64,000 bases of DNA from positions 34,522 to 98,521 of the forward strand of contig JAQTSY010000004.1 in the NCBI GenBank assembly GCA_028711065.1. The letters are read 5' to 3'. Every line of letters starts with the position of its first letter. The stretch's first letter is position 1. The notes under the pieces are model-generated. The model did no database searches, was not told where the DNA came from, and saw nothing but the letters and a program-made list of their open reading frames with translations. This document shows positions 36,147 to 44,994 of the stretch, piece by piece. Position numbers and translations under genes: made by a program. This DNA is from Minisyncoccota bacterium. Lineage in GTDB: Bacteria; Patescibacteriota; Minisyncoccia; Phycocordibacterales; JAQTLZ01.

Positions 36147-36684
36147 TTTTCTTCCCAAAGAGATAAAACACCTTCTCAAGGGCGAGTATGCTCTTCGAGT
36201 AGCTACGCTTGGCCTCCTGCTTTCATTTGTACTTTTCCTTTTGTACGCGTCTTTCCTTCTGCCCTCCTTTTTTCTTTCCAGGGTAAAAGAAAATGTAGCG
36301 GTAAGTAGAGCCGAGCCGGTACTTTCATCTGAAGATATGAGGAAGAGCAAATCTTTGCAAGAAGATCTCCTTACTGTGAAGAAAAATCTTGTGTCACTCA
36401 AGGTGAATACAGCAACATCTACTCTTCCACTTCCTATTGATGTTATCGATGCAGTCTTAGTTCGACCTCTCGGTATAAAAATTAATGCGCTTTCTTATGA
36501 TGAAGCAACTTCTGGAACAGGATCATTGAATGTAACAGGAACAGCCTCAAGCCGGGATATTCTTGTTGCATATGTGAAAATGGTTCAAGGACAAAGATTT
36601 TTTACTAAAGTCGATTTCCCAATCTCAAATCTCGCTTCGGAAAAAGATATTAATTTCACCATTCATGCAACCGGAACATTCTGA
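36139..36684 (+). CDS. PilN-like pilus assembly protein
   Basis: MLDFLP N-terminus, one TM, G.A..R...F..V.FP.SN; follows pilM. Confidence 0.7.
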   Translation: MLDFLPKEIKHLLKGEYALRVATLGLLLSFVLFLLYASFLLPSFFLSRVKENVAVSRAEPVLSSEDMRKSKSLQEDLLTVKKNLVSLKVNTATSTLPLPIDVIDAVLVRPLGIKINALSYDEATSGTGSLNVTGTASSRDILVAYVKMVQGQRFFTKVDFPISNLASEKDINFTIHATGTF

Positions 36685-37222
36685 CAATTTTCCCAAGACA
36701 AAGACCGCGTCTCTCTTTGCGCTCGTGGTCATTCTTAATCTCGCTGCGCTTTTTGGAGTCGTCTTTCTCTTTTTGTTGATCCGCAATATGAACGAACATG
36801 CTTTTACAGTGAATAACGATCTGGTGGCGGCGATTGCAGAGAAAGATGCGATTCAGTCGCTTGAAAAAACGGTAAATGCAATGCAGTCGGATACGCAGAC
36901 ACTTAGTTCATTTTTGGTTACCAAAGATAATGTGGTGGATTTTTTGGCCCGCATCGAAGATCTCGGAAAAGCCACTCACTGTACAACAAAAGTAAATACG
37001 GTAGAAGAAGTCAAAAATGGCCAAGTATCGAAAATTCGCCTTTCCGTGTCTATAAGTGGTTCGTGGACGGCGATGCATACTTTTCTCGCGGCCCTTCTCA
37101 ACATGCCATATAAACTGGATCTCAAGAACGTTTCTTTCATATCTTCTCTTGGGGATGATTCGGAAAAGACACAGCGAGTTTGGACGGGAGCTTTTAATTT
37201 TACAGTACTAGAATCTCAATAA
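36665..37222 (+). CDS. PilO-like pilus assembly protein
   Basis: One TM, a coiled coil, and GSW....FL..L.NMP; operon position. Confidence 0.7.
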   Translation: MQPEHSDNFPKTKTASLFALVVILNLAALFGVVFLFLLIRNMNEHAFTVNNDLVAAIAEKDAIQSLEKTVNAMQSDTQTLSSFLVTKDNVVDFLARIEDLGKATHCTTKVNTVEEVKNGQVSKIRLSVSISGSWTAMHTFLAALLNMPYKLDLKNVSFISSLGDDSEKTQRVWTGAFNFTVLESQ

Positions 37223-37227
37223 CACAC

Positions 37228-37557
37228 ATGGGGAAATTGCAACATTTTTTTAGAGGCTTTTTGAAGAAGGGAAACAAAAGACCTGAAAGGCGCGTTTGGC
37301 CTCGTTCAGAAAGAAATTGGGAACTTCTCCTTGCAAGCTTCTTTCTTCTTTTTATTATCGGAGCAGTAGCAAGTGCCTATCTCTTTCGAAGTATTTCGCG
37401 AGGTGAGATTTTCAGAGTTGAGACGCCGACAAATAATCAGACGTCCGTTATTGACCAGGATCTTTTAAAAAATACAATTGATTTCTATCAAAATAAGGCG
37501 CTGAATTTGAAGGAGATTACTACTCATTCTAAGGTTTTGGTGGATCCGTCGATTTAG
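37228..37557 (+). CDS. small membrane protein ending the pilMNO operon
   Basis: One TM, C-terminal DPS. Confidence 0.7.
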   Translation: MGKLQHFFRGFLKKGNKRPERRVWPRSERNWELLLASFFLLFIIGAVASAYLFRSISRGEIFRVETPTNNQTSVIDQDLLKNTIDFYQNKALNLKEITTHSKVLVDPSI

Positions 37558-37609
37558 AGAGGGGGACATAAAAAGAAAAACACCAACTGCTTGGTGTTTT
37601 TCTTTTGTG

Positions 37610-37702
37610 TGGTCAGGAATAATTTTGTTTTCGTCAAAACAAAATTTTCACGACCCTGCCTCGCGGTTTCGCATGTTTGCGAAACATCGCTCCGGCTGGC
37701 AC
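37610..37702 (-). repeat. tRNA-associated two-hairpin element type B (Arg copy)
   Basis: Reverse complement aligns with 39087-39180, with compensatory changes. Confidence 0.8.
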
Positions 37703-37745
37703 ATATAAGAAAAAGAACCAAGCAGTTGGTTCTTTTTCTTATATG

Positions 37746-37817
37746 TGCCCCCGGTTGGAATCGAACCAACATTAACGGCTTAGAAGTCCGACGTTCTATC
37801 CATTGAACTACGGGGGC
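37746..37817 (-). tRNA. tRNA-Arg(TCT)
   Basis: GCCCCCGTAGTTCAATGGATAGAAC...CT-TCT-AA...GGTTCGATTCCAACCGGGGGCA; anticodon stem is weak. Confidence 0.88.
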
Positions 37818-37923
37818 TCGGGTTTAATAGTACTGAATTTGAAAAGAATTGGAAGGAGAATAATAAAATTCCCGACCGGTGTCCCCCAGTCAGGAATATT
37901 TTTTCTTGCTCGTAATGGCAGTC

Positions 37924-38658
37924 TTACGTATTTAAGACTTGGAGTCCCCAGAAGCAGTGATACTTGAGAGCGCTTCTCTGGAAGAACTCCAGCCGAAGGC
38001 CGTGAGTTGTCCAACGGAGAGCGGGTACTCGGTTGTCTGCAACCCATGAGCCCATAGCGTACATCGAGCACTCTTTCGGTCTTCGTATCCCGCGGAAGTA
38101 AAAGTAAAGCTCCCGTGCGAGAAGTTCAGTGAGTGTCACTTCGTGTCCCTCCGTCATGGATGCGGGCCATGCGTCTGATTCCTTCTGATCCACTTGAATC
38201 ATATAGGTCTTTCCTTCGCGGAACCGATTTCCGCCCAGGGTGCCCTGTGTCGGTTCCGGTTTATACGTCATCGGGAAGAATTTTTTACAGCACTCCTGAA
38301 GATCAGCCTCAAACCGGGTCTGATTTTTCACTTCAGGAATAAAGATCGAATTCTTCGCGTTACAACTGTGTTTCTCCAGACCAGGAAAAGCGACCTGCCT
38401 TTGGAGGAGGAACTTGTAAAACCGGACCCAGTGGGCGACTTCGTTCGCCACTGTCGGCGGATGAAAAAGCACTTTCTGCACCTCGTCTGCAAGGCACTCT
38501 TTTCCTCCCGTATCTTCCACCCACCACGAGGCTGTCTTTTCAGACAGGTTGAGCGGAACCGATCCTGCAAGCGCAGTATTCAGAAGCTTGATGCTTCTTG
38601 CAGTAAGCGTACCGCCTCTTTGAGACACGGCAGATCGGTTCTCCCCATGCGTACTCAT
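37924..38658 (-). CDS. hypothetical protein
   Basis: 244-aa ORF with AAGGAG SD and its own promoter-like region. Confidence 0.75.
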   Translation of the reverse strand: MSTHGENRSAVSQRGGTLTARSIKLLNTALAGSVPLNLSEKTASWWVEDTGGKECLADEVQKVLFHPPTVANEVAHWVRFYKFLLQRQVAFPGLEKHSCNAKNSIFIPEVKNQTRFEADLQECCKKFFPMTYKPEPTQGTLGGNRFREGKTYMIQVDQKESDAWPASMTEGHEVTLTELLARELYFYFRGIRRPKECSMYAMGSWVADNRVPALRWTTHGLRLEFFQRSALKYHCFWGLQVLNT

Positions 38659-38802
38659 AGGGTTCTCCTTTCATGCTGAAACGCTAAACGATCCTCCAAG
38701 AGAGCTCTCGGACAAGAATCATTTCCAATTGCACAATAGCATTAAGAGAGAAAATCGCAAGAAAAATTTGGTCGCACATTGTGGTCACGGATATTTGAGA
38801 AA

Positions 38803-38971
38803 CCCTGCGGGAGTTTCGACCCTTACAGGGTCAGTACCCCGATTGGATTTTTTTGCGCGGTCACGCGCTAGAAAAAATGCACAATCGGGCTTCGAATCCC
38901 TCACACGATGCGCCCCCGCGCATCGTTAGGGCGCACAATAAAAAATCCGCCTTCGCGGAAATTTTTTATTG
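38803..38971. repeat. tRNA-trailer structured element type A (Val copy)
   Basis: Inverted copy of the tRNA-Val 3' end with a 25-nt hairpin insertion; same layout as 21070-21235. Confidence 0.8.
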
Positions 38972-39044
38972 TGCGCCCTGAGGGATTCGAACCCCCGACC
39001 TTGTCAGTGTAAATGACCTGCTCTACCAACTGAGCTAAGGGCGC
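38972..39044 (-). tRNA. tRNA-Val(TAC)
   Basis: GCGCCCTTAGCTCAGTTGGTAGAGC...TT-TAC-AC...GGTTCGAATCCCTCAGGGCGCA. Confidence 0.95.
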
Positions 39045-39086
39045 AAAAGCCCAGAAACTTAAACTGCTTTAAGTTTTTGCGGACTT

Positions 39087-39180
39087 GTGCGAGCCGGAGC
39101 CATATTTTTCTAACAAGAAAAAAAGGCGAGGCGTGGTCAGGGAATTTTGGTTGCGACGGCAAACAAAATATCCGTGACCA
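39087..39180 (+). repeat. tRNA-associated two-hairpin element type B (Val-locus copy)
   Basis: GTGCGAGCCGGAGCC...GGCGAGGC..GGTCA...GACG...TGACCA; homologous to the reverse complement of 37610-37702. Confidence 0.8.
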
Positions 39181-39215
39181 TCACACAATAATCCATTTTT
39201 ACCTTTCAATCAAGG

Positions 39216-39944
39216 TTACGCCTTCTTTTGAATCCACCTTGCTACTATTTCATTCGCTTCTTTTTGAAGCTCTGGATACTTCGAAAGACTATGCGGGGCA
39301 TTTTTTATAAGCGCGTGTTCGAGTTGTGTCAGATCCGGTACTGCATTTTTGAAGTTAAGAATTGTCTGGTGGGGGACCATTTCATCTTTTTCCGACTCGA
39401 TAATAAGAATTTCTCCGGGAAATGTATGAATGGCTCGCAAAGCGAGTGTGGATTCAGAATCTCTTTTGTGTTCACGCCATTCATTTATTTTCGCTTGCTC
39501 GAAGATCATTCCTTTGGGCTTTTCGAATGTTTCGTCGGGATAATCTGCCGGAGCTCGGAGTATTATGAAATTCAGATTTCTTTTTTGGCTAAGGAGGAGC
39601 GCGAGGTATCCTCCAAAAGAGCTTCCGCTTACTCCAATTTTTTCTGTATCTACTTCAGACCGTTTCGCAAGGAAATCATATCCGAGGATTACATCATCGA
39701 GAAAATCTTTGCGGGAGAGGGAATTTTTATCACCCGCGCTTTTCCCATGCCCTCGTAAATCTAAAGTGAGACAGATGAAGCCGAATTTCTCCGCAAGCAT
39801 TTTTGCAGTATCAAACATCCTCTCTTGGGTGCTGTTCCATCCATGAAGAAGCAAAAGAGCAGGCCTTTTTGTTCCTTTTTCCTTCGGGAGGAAGACATTT
39901 CCTTCAAGTGTGTAGCCATTTCCCTTAATCTCTCTTCTTTCCAT
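39216..39944 (-). CDS. alpha/beta fold hydrolase
   Basis: LHGW, DLRGHG.S, GSSFGG nucleophile elbow, D and H of the catalytic triad. Confidence 0.9.
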   Translation of the reverse strand: MERREIKGNGYTLEGNVFLPKEKGTKRPALLLLHGWNSTQERMFDTAKMLAEKFGFICLTLDLRGHGKSAGDKNSLSRKDFLDDVILGYDFLAKRSEVDTEKIGVSGSSFGGYLALLLSQKRNLNFIILRAPADYPDETFEKPKGMIFEQAKINEWREHKRDSESTLALRAIHTFPGEILIIESEKDEMVPHQTILNFKNAVPDLTQLEHALIKNAPHSLSKYPELQKEANEIVARWIQKKA

Positions 39945-40042
39945 ATTTTGATTGTAACTCACGAAATAGATTGACCCTAATTTTTCTTTGAAGAAAGTTG
40001 ATTTTAGCTAGTATATAAGCCGTATTTTTCAGCTTTTTATGC

Positions 40043-40071
40043 TTGACATTTGGGTCATAATATGCTATCAT
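40043..40071 (+). promoter_or_regulatory. sigma70-type promoter
   Basis: TTGACA, 17 nt with TG, TATCAT. Confidence 0.75.
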
Positions 40072-40170
40072 TATACCAGAACCTGCAATCCTTTTTATCT
40101 GTCTGTAGTCGGCCTGCGTGGCTGATGAGGATGATTGGGACCAGGGAGACCTTTGTGAGGAGTGTGAGTT

Positions 40171-41175
40171 ATGGTGCAGCAAATTGCAGTTCGGCCTATC
40201 GATGTCGTTGTGGAAGCCCTCAGGGCTGCCCGCAAAGCCGATGGTGCCGTGAATGAGGTCGGTTCGCCGATCGAAGAGCGGAGCTGGAACACTGATGTGG
40301 AGGGGGGCGCGACGTGGAAATCCATGTTCGGCAACCTCCATTTGCAGGTTTCCGGGTTCCGGCTCGAATTCCCGGAAGCCCAAGCCCAAAACATGTGGGC
40401 GGCGGCGAATATCGACAGGGGCGACAGGCCCTCGGCGGTTCGCGTGTTGCTCAGCATGCAGGCTGTGGAAGGCGCGAAGGTGCTCCACTGCGCCGCAGGT
40501 GAAGTCACTGATGTGACGGCTGGCAGTATGCCGGATCTCGTCGTGCCGGTGGTCTACGATGGTGCGGCGCCCCGCACGCGGGAGAAGGACAAGGACAACA
40601 TCGATATCGTGATTCTGCAACGGAACGGAATGTTCGTTCAGTTGCAGGTCTCGGTCATCACGCGCGGCGGAGTGTTCTACGTCGGAGTCCAGGAGATTTT
40701 CGCGGGTCAGGTCGTTCGGACCAATGCCTCGAAAGTCTTGAAGCTTGGACTCAAGAAGGAGACGATCAACGGCGCACAGGTGGGACTCATCGTCCCGTTG
40801 TTTGAGGGCAACGCCTACCCCGGCGCCGATTACTTGAATGTCTTCCCCCGCATGGGACCGAAGGTGATCAAGTACGCTGTTGCGCACGAGATGTGCGTTC
40901 CGCTCTCCGAGTGCGTCGTTGCCAAGTGGGCGCCGGAAGAGACGCCGTTGCCGCCGAATTTGAAGGCGGAAGACGGCTGGATGAGGGCGGTGGTCCGCTC
41001 CTACAACTTGGTCACTGGTTGCGGCCATCTGTTGTGCGACGACGGCGTGGATTGCTTCCTTCATTTCAGTGTGATCGGCGGGGATTTCCCTTCCGTTCCG
41101 CCCATGAAGGCCGTGGCGGTCCAGCACTGGTTGCGCGACAATCGTCGCAAGGCGCTCAAGTTCCAGAGCCTGTAA
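40171..41175 (+). CDS. hypothetical protein with C-terminal cold-shock-like domain
   Basis: GAGGAG SD; C-terminus MRAVVRSYNLVTGCGHLLCDDGVDCFLHFSVI resembles the CSD RNP1/RNP2 motifs. Confidence 0.7.
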   Translation: MVQQIAVRPIDVVVEALRAARKADGAVNEVGSPIEERSWNTDVEGGATWKSMFGNLHLQVSGFRLEFPEAQAQNMWAAANIDRGDRPSAVRVLLSMQAVEGAKVLHCAAGEVTDVTAGSMPDLVVPVVYDGAAPRTREKDKDNIDIVILQRNGMFVQLQVSVITRGGVFYVGVQEIFAGQVVRTNASKVLKLGLKKETINGAQVGLIVPLFEGNAYPGADYLNVFPRMGPKVIKYAVAHEMCVPLSECVVAKWAPEETPLPPNLKAEDGWMRAVVRSYNLVTGCGHLLCDDGVDCFLHFSVIGGDFPSVPPMKAVAVQHWLRDNRRKALKFQSL

Positions 41176-41295
41176 CGCACAGGAAAACATCAGCAAATAA
41201 TATGGCGGAAACATGAAAAGGTTATGTTTCCGCCTTTTCATTTGTCCGGATTTTTTCGATGTCGAGAAGACAATTATTTGTTACTATTAAACACA

Positions 41296-42765
41296 ATGAA
41301 TCAGAGTCCTTATAATTTTCGTGATTGGAAAGCTCTTGTCCCCGACATTGAATCTGTTGTCAGGCAAATCAATCAAACAGCAATTCTTTCCGTCGGAATC
41401 ACTCCTTATACTCGCATTATTCCGGCGTTTTTTCTGAATAACTATTCAATCTATACCATTCACCGGTCGAGTGATGTCGATGTGATGGAAGAATATTTGC
41501 GAATGCATATTCTTGCAGATCATCACCCGAATATTGCCAAAAAGATACATGGCACCGGATATCTCATCGGCAATCACGTTTTTCAATCATTTCTTAAATC
41601 ATTCCGGCCGATGCCGAAGCTCATGTTCTATACAATGACCGATAAAATCGTACAGGATTTAAATCGTCTTCATATCCCATGGATTGGCAATGATCCGAAA
41701 ACATTTGAGGAAGTGAAGTATAAAGGCACATTTCGCGAACTAACAAAGAAATTAGGACTGCCGACACTTCCTTCAGAACAATATGGTCGTGAAGCATATC
41801 TCGGCTCTTCTTTTGAGGAGCTCTGGGAGAAAAATCAGGGGGCGTTCGTGGTGCAACGGGCGGATAAAGAGACGGGCGGAAATGAGGGAACTTTTTTTAT
41901 TCACAAGAAAGAAGATTTTAGCCGGTGCATTGAAATTCTAAAAGCCGATGCGGATTTTCAGTTTGTTGTGGTCGCTCCTTTTATCCAAGGCCAATCCACT
42001 TCGATGCTTGGTTGTATTATGCCGGAGGGAACGCTTTCAGGACCGCTTCAGCTACAACTTATTGATGTCCCGGAATCTCTTCATGGCGTGCCCGCAAATG
42101 GAATATTTTTCGGTAATGATCTTGGGTTTACCGCCTGGGGACAAGAGATAGAAGCGCAGGCACAGAAAGTGGTAGAGGGAATCGGAGCGCATCTTGCAAA
42201 ACAGGGATACAAAGGAATTTTTGGAATTGATTTTCTGTATGACAAAAAACGAAATCAGATCTATCCAAATGAATGCAATCCTCGATTTACCGGCTCTCTC
42301 ACGGTGCACTCTCTTATGATGCTGGAATTGGGCCTGCCTCCGCTCGAACTTTTTCATCTCATGACACATTTGAATATAAAATCTTCCTATCATTTTGAAA
42401 AAGTGAAGCAGGCTCTCAAGACAAGATTGCCGTGCGCTCACATCGCTTTTTCTCCTCAGAATATTCCTTTCATGAATCTGCCTCTCCTTGCTGGAGTGTA
42501 TTCGTTTGATCCTGCTGGTCCCGCGCTTTCATACAAAGGCCCTGGAATTTCTCTCGGTGATATCAAGGGTGAACACGATTTTCTTCTCATTGATACTGTA
42601 CCGAGCATGAAGACTGCTATTGAGCAGAAGGTGCCACGATTATTTAAATTTATTTTCAAGCGAAGCATTGCTAAATCTTCGTATGAAATAGATAAGGAAG
42701 CGGGCTATCTTCTCGAGCGATTTTCACTCTCTTTGATCGAAGCGGCAAAAGAAAATACGGAATAA
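41296..42765 (+). CDS. ATP-grasp domain protein
   Basis: GG.EGTFF, GYKGIFGIDF and NECNPRFTG. Confidence 0.8.
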   Translation: MNQSPYNFRDWKALVPDIESVVRQINQTAILSVGITPYTRIIPAFFLNNYSIYTIHRSSDVDVMEEYLRMHILADHHPNIAKKIHGTGYLIGNHVFQSFLKSFRPMPKLMFYTMTDKIVQDLNRLHIPWIGNDPKTFEEVKYKGTFRELTKKLGLPTLPSEQYGREAYLGSSFEELWEKNQGAFVVQRADKETGGNEGTFFIHKKEDFSRCIEILKADADFQFVVVAPFIQGQSTSMLGCIMPEGTLSGPLQLQLIDVPESLHGVPANGIFFGNDLGFTAWGQEIEAQAQKVVEGIGAHLAKQGYKGIFGIDFLYDKKRNQIYPNECNPRFTGSLTVHSLMMLELGLPPLELFHLMTHLNIKSSYHFEKVKQALKTRLPCAHIAFSPQNIPFMNLPLLAGVYSFDPAGPALSYKGPGISLGDIKGEHDFLLIDTVPSMKTAIEQKVPRLFKFIFKRSIAKSSYEIDKEAGYLLERFSLSLIEAAKENTE

Positions 42766-42833
42766 AGAGAGGAGTGTTTCTGTCTACCTTTTCTGTCTAA
42801 AATACGCTAGACTAGCGATATTCGTTTCAAATT

Positions 42834-43835
42834 ATGCGAGGCAAGAATCACAATGGAATAAAGGCTGTTGTTATGGGCGGGGGCACCGGTACTTTCATGG
42901 TGCTTTCTTCACTCAAACATTTTGTCAGTGACATTACTGCAATCGTAACTATGGCAGATGACGGCGGTTCGACCGGAGTGCTTCGTGATGAATACGGTGT
43001 ACTTCCTCCCGGAGATATTCGCCAGTCTCTTGTCGCGCTTTCGTCTTCTTCTGAAGTGATGCGTGAACTTTTTAATTATCGCTATTCTACCGGAGTATTT
43101 TCTGGCCATGCGTTCGGCAATCTTTTTCTTTCTGCGCTTGAAAAAATCACGGGAAGTTTCCCGAAAGCAGTGCAGACTGCGGGAGAGATCTTGCAGATCA
43201 CCGGAAATGTTGTACCTGTGACGACTGACGATATCCGTCTCTCTGTTCGCAAAGAAAATGGAGAGGTTGTGAAGGGGCAGAAATATATGATTTCATCCGG
43301 CTTTAAGAAAGGAGAAAATAATACCTTCTATCTCGAGCCAGCGGCGAAAATAAATCCAGCGGCGGAAAAAGCAATCCTCGAAGCCGATATGATAATTCTT
43401 GGTCCCGGAAATCTTCATTCATCGCTCGTACCCATTCTTCTTGTTGCTGGAGTTTCAGAAGCTTTGAAAAGGGCGAGAGCAAAGAAGATATATATCTGCA
43501 ATATGATGACCCAGCCGGGGCAAACAGAACTGTATACTGTGGCGGATTTTGTGGATGAAGTAGAAAAATATGGAGGAAAAGATTTGTTTGATTTTGTGGT
43601 TTTCAATAACAAGAAACCTCCGCAGGAATTTGTGGAAGCATATGCGCGCCAGGGCGAACAGCTTGTTTCATCTGATAAAAAAGATTTTGAAGGAAAAAAA
43701 TATGTGCCGGTGGGAGAAAATCTCGTCTCGTCAAAGGTGATACAGCCGAAAGCGGGGGATAAGATACCTCGTCCGCTCATCCGTCACGATGGGAATAGAG
43801 TTGCGCGTTTGCTCATGAAGATATACTTTTCTTAG
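42834..43835 (+). CDS. YvcK/CofD-related (gluconeogenesis factor, UDP-GlcNAc-binding) protein
   Basis: GGGTG, DDGGSTG.LR, PPGDIR, GH..GNL and RHD. Confidence 0.92.
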   Translation: MRGKNHNGIKAVVMGGGTGTFMVLSSLKHFVSDITAIVTMADDGGSTGVLRDEYGVLPPGDIRQSLVALSSSSEVMRELFNYRYSTGVFSGHAFGNLFLSALEKITGSFPKAVQTAGEILQITGNVVPVTTDDIRLSVRKENGEVVKGQKYMISSGFKKGENNTFYLEPAAKINPAAEKAILEADMIILGPGNLHSSLVPILLVAGVSEALKRARAKKIYICNMMTQPGQTELYTVADFVDEVEKYGGKDLFDFVVFNNKKPPQEFVEAYARQGEQLVSSDKKDFEGKKYVPVGENLVSSKVIQPKAGDKIPRPLIRHDGNRVARLLMKIYFS

Positions 43836-43903
43836 TAGTGCTCAAAATATTCTTTTAAGAAAACAGAATGGTTTTCCCTGCGAGAAAACCTTCTTCTCGC
43901 TCA

Positions 43904-43969
43904 ACTCACGGCTGTCAATGAGCCCCGCTTCTTACAGAGCAGGGTCGTTGACAGACCTTGCCCGTGAGC
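43904..43969. ncRNA. long intergenic stem-loop, putative small RNA
   Basis: CTCACGG/CCGTGAG and CTGTCAA/TTGACAG stems plus an apical stem; no U-tract. Confidence 0.35.
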
Positions 43970-44014
43970 TTCCGCGATGTTTCTTAAAAGTACATTTCTC
44001 GCTACTATGTAACC

Positions 44015-44302
44015 ATGGTTAAAGAAATTGAAGTGAAAGTAACCGGGAGAGTCCAGATGGTGATGTTTCGCGATTTTACCATGCGGAAAGCCCGCGGACT
44101 CGGTATTGTCGGCACAGTACAAAATATGAAAGATGGCTCGGTGCACATCGTTGCGGTTGGAGAGGAGGCTGTGCTTCAAGAGTTTTTAATGAAAATTCAT
44201 CAAGGCTCGATTTTTTCTCGTGTGGAGGATGTGGCGGTAGAGTGGAGCGACCCCATGCATAATTTCACAAATTTTGTTATCCTCTATGGTTATGGTGAAT
44301 GA
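44015..44302 (+). CDS. acyP: acylphosphatase
   Basis: V.GRVQ.V.FR and G.VQN..DGSV. Confidence 0.9.
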   Translation: MVKEIEVKVTGRVQMVMFRDFTMRKARGLGIVGTVQNMKDGSVHIVAVGEEAVLQEFLMKIHQGSIFSRVEDVAVEWSDPMHNFTNFVILYGYGE

Positions 44303-44993
44303 TCAAGGAGATAAGAAGGTGCACTCTGTCGGAATTATTCTCGATGGCAATCGCCGCTGGGCGAAGGCCAATGGCTTTCCTTCTCTCGAAGGACATCGGC
44401 GCGGGTATGAAAAATTGAAAGACTTGGGTGATTGGGCCGAAGAAGCTGGTGTGGAATATGTTACGGTCTATGCCTTTTCGACTGAAAATTGGAATCGAGC
44501 CAAAGAAGAAGTCTCGTATCTTATGGATTTGTTTCGCATTCTTCTCAAAAAAGATCTGCCGGAATTCCATAAGCGAGGGAAGCGGCTTCGATTTATCGGG
44601 GACTTGTCGCGTCTCGCGCCTGATCTACAAGAAGGAATCAAGAAAGCAGAAGAGCTTACTGCGAAAAATACCAGGGGGACGCTTTGCGCTTGCGTTTCGT
44701 ATGGAGGGAGAGGAGAGATTGTAAATGCAACTCGAAAAATGATTGAGAAAGGAATGAAGCCGGAAGAGATCACGGAAGAAAGTTTTGCAAAATTCCTCTA
44801 CGCGTCAGATATCCCTGATCCAGAACTCATTATCCGCACCGGAGGAGAAATGCGGCTTTCGAACTTTCTTACGTGGCAGTCGATCTATAGCGAATTCTTT
44901 TTCCCGAAAAAGTTCTGGCCGGAATTTGAAAAGGAGGATTTTTTCGCAATTCTTGAAGAATTCAAAACTCGGAAAATAAATCACGGAAAATAA
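44292..44993 (+). CDS. uppS: undecaprenyl diphosphate synthase
   Basis: IILDGNRRWA, YAFSTENW.R, YGGR.EI and IRTGGE.RLSNFL.WQ. Confidence 0.97.
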   Translation: MVNDQGDKKVHSVGIILDGNRRWAKANGFPSLEGHRRGYEKLKDLGDWAEEAGVEYVTVYAFSTENWNRAKEEVSYLMDLFRILLKKDLPEFHKRGKRLRFIGDLSRLAPDLQEGIKKAEELTAKNTRGTLCACVSYGGRGEIVNATRKMIEKGMKPEEITEESFAKFLYASDIPDPELIIRTGGEMRLSNFLTWQSIYSEFFFPKKFWPEFEKEDFFAILEEFKTRKINHGK

Positions 44994-44994
44994 T

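Noticed and set aside
39925-41241. 438-aa minus-strand ORF
   Set aside because: Antisense shadow of the SD-led 40171-41175 gene, which has the promoter and a recognisable domain.
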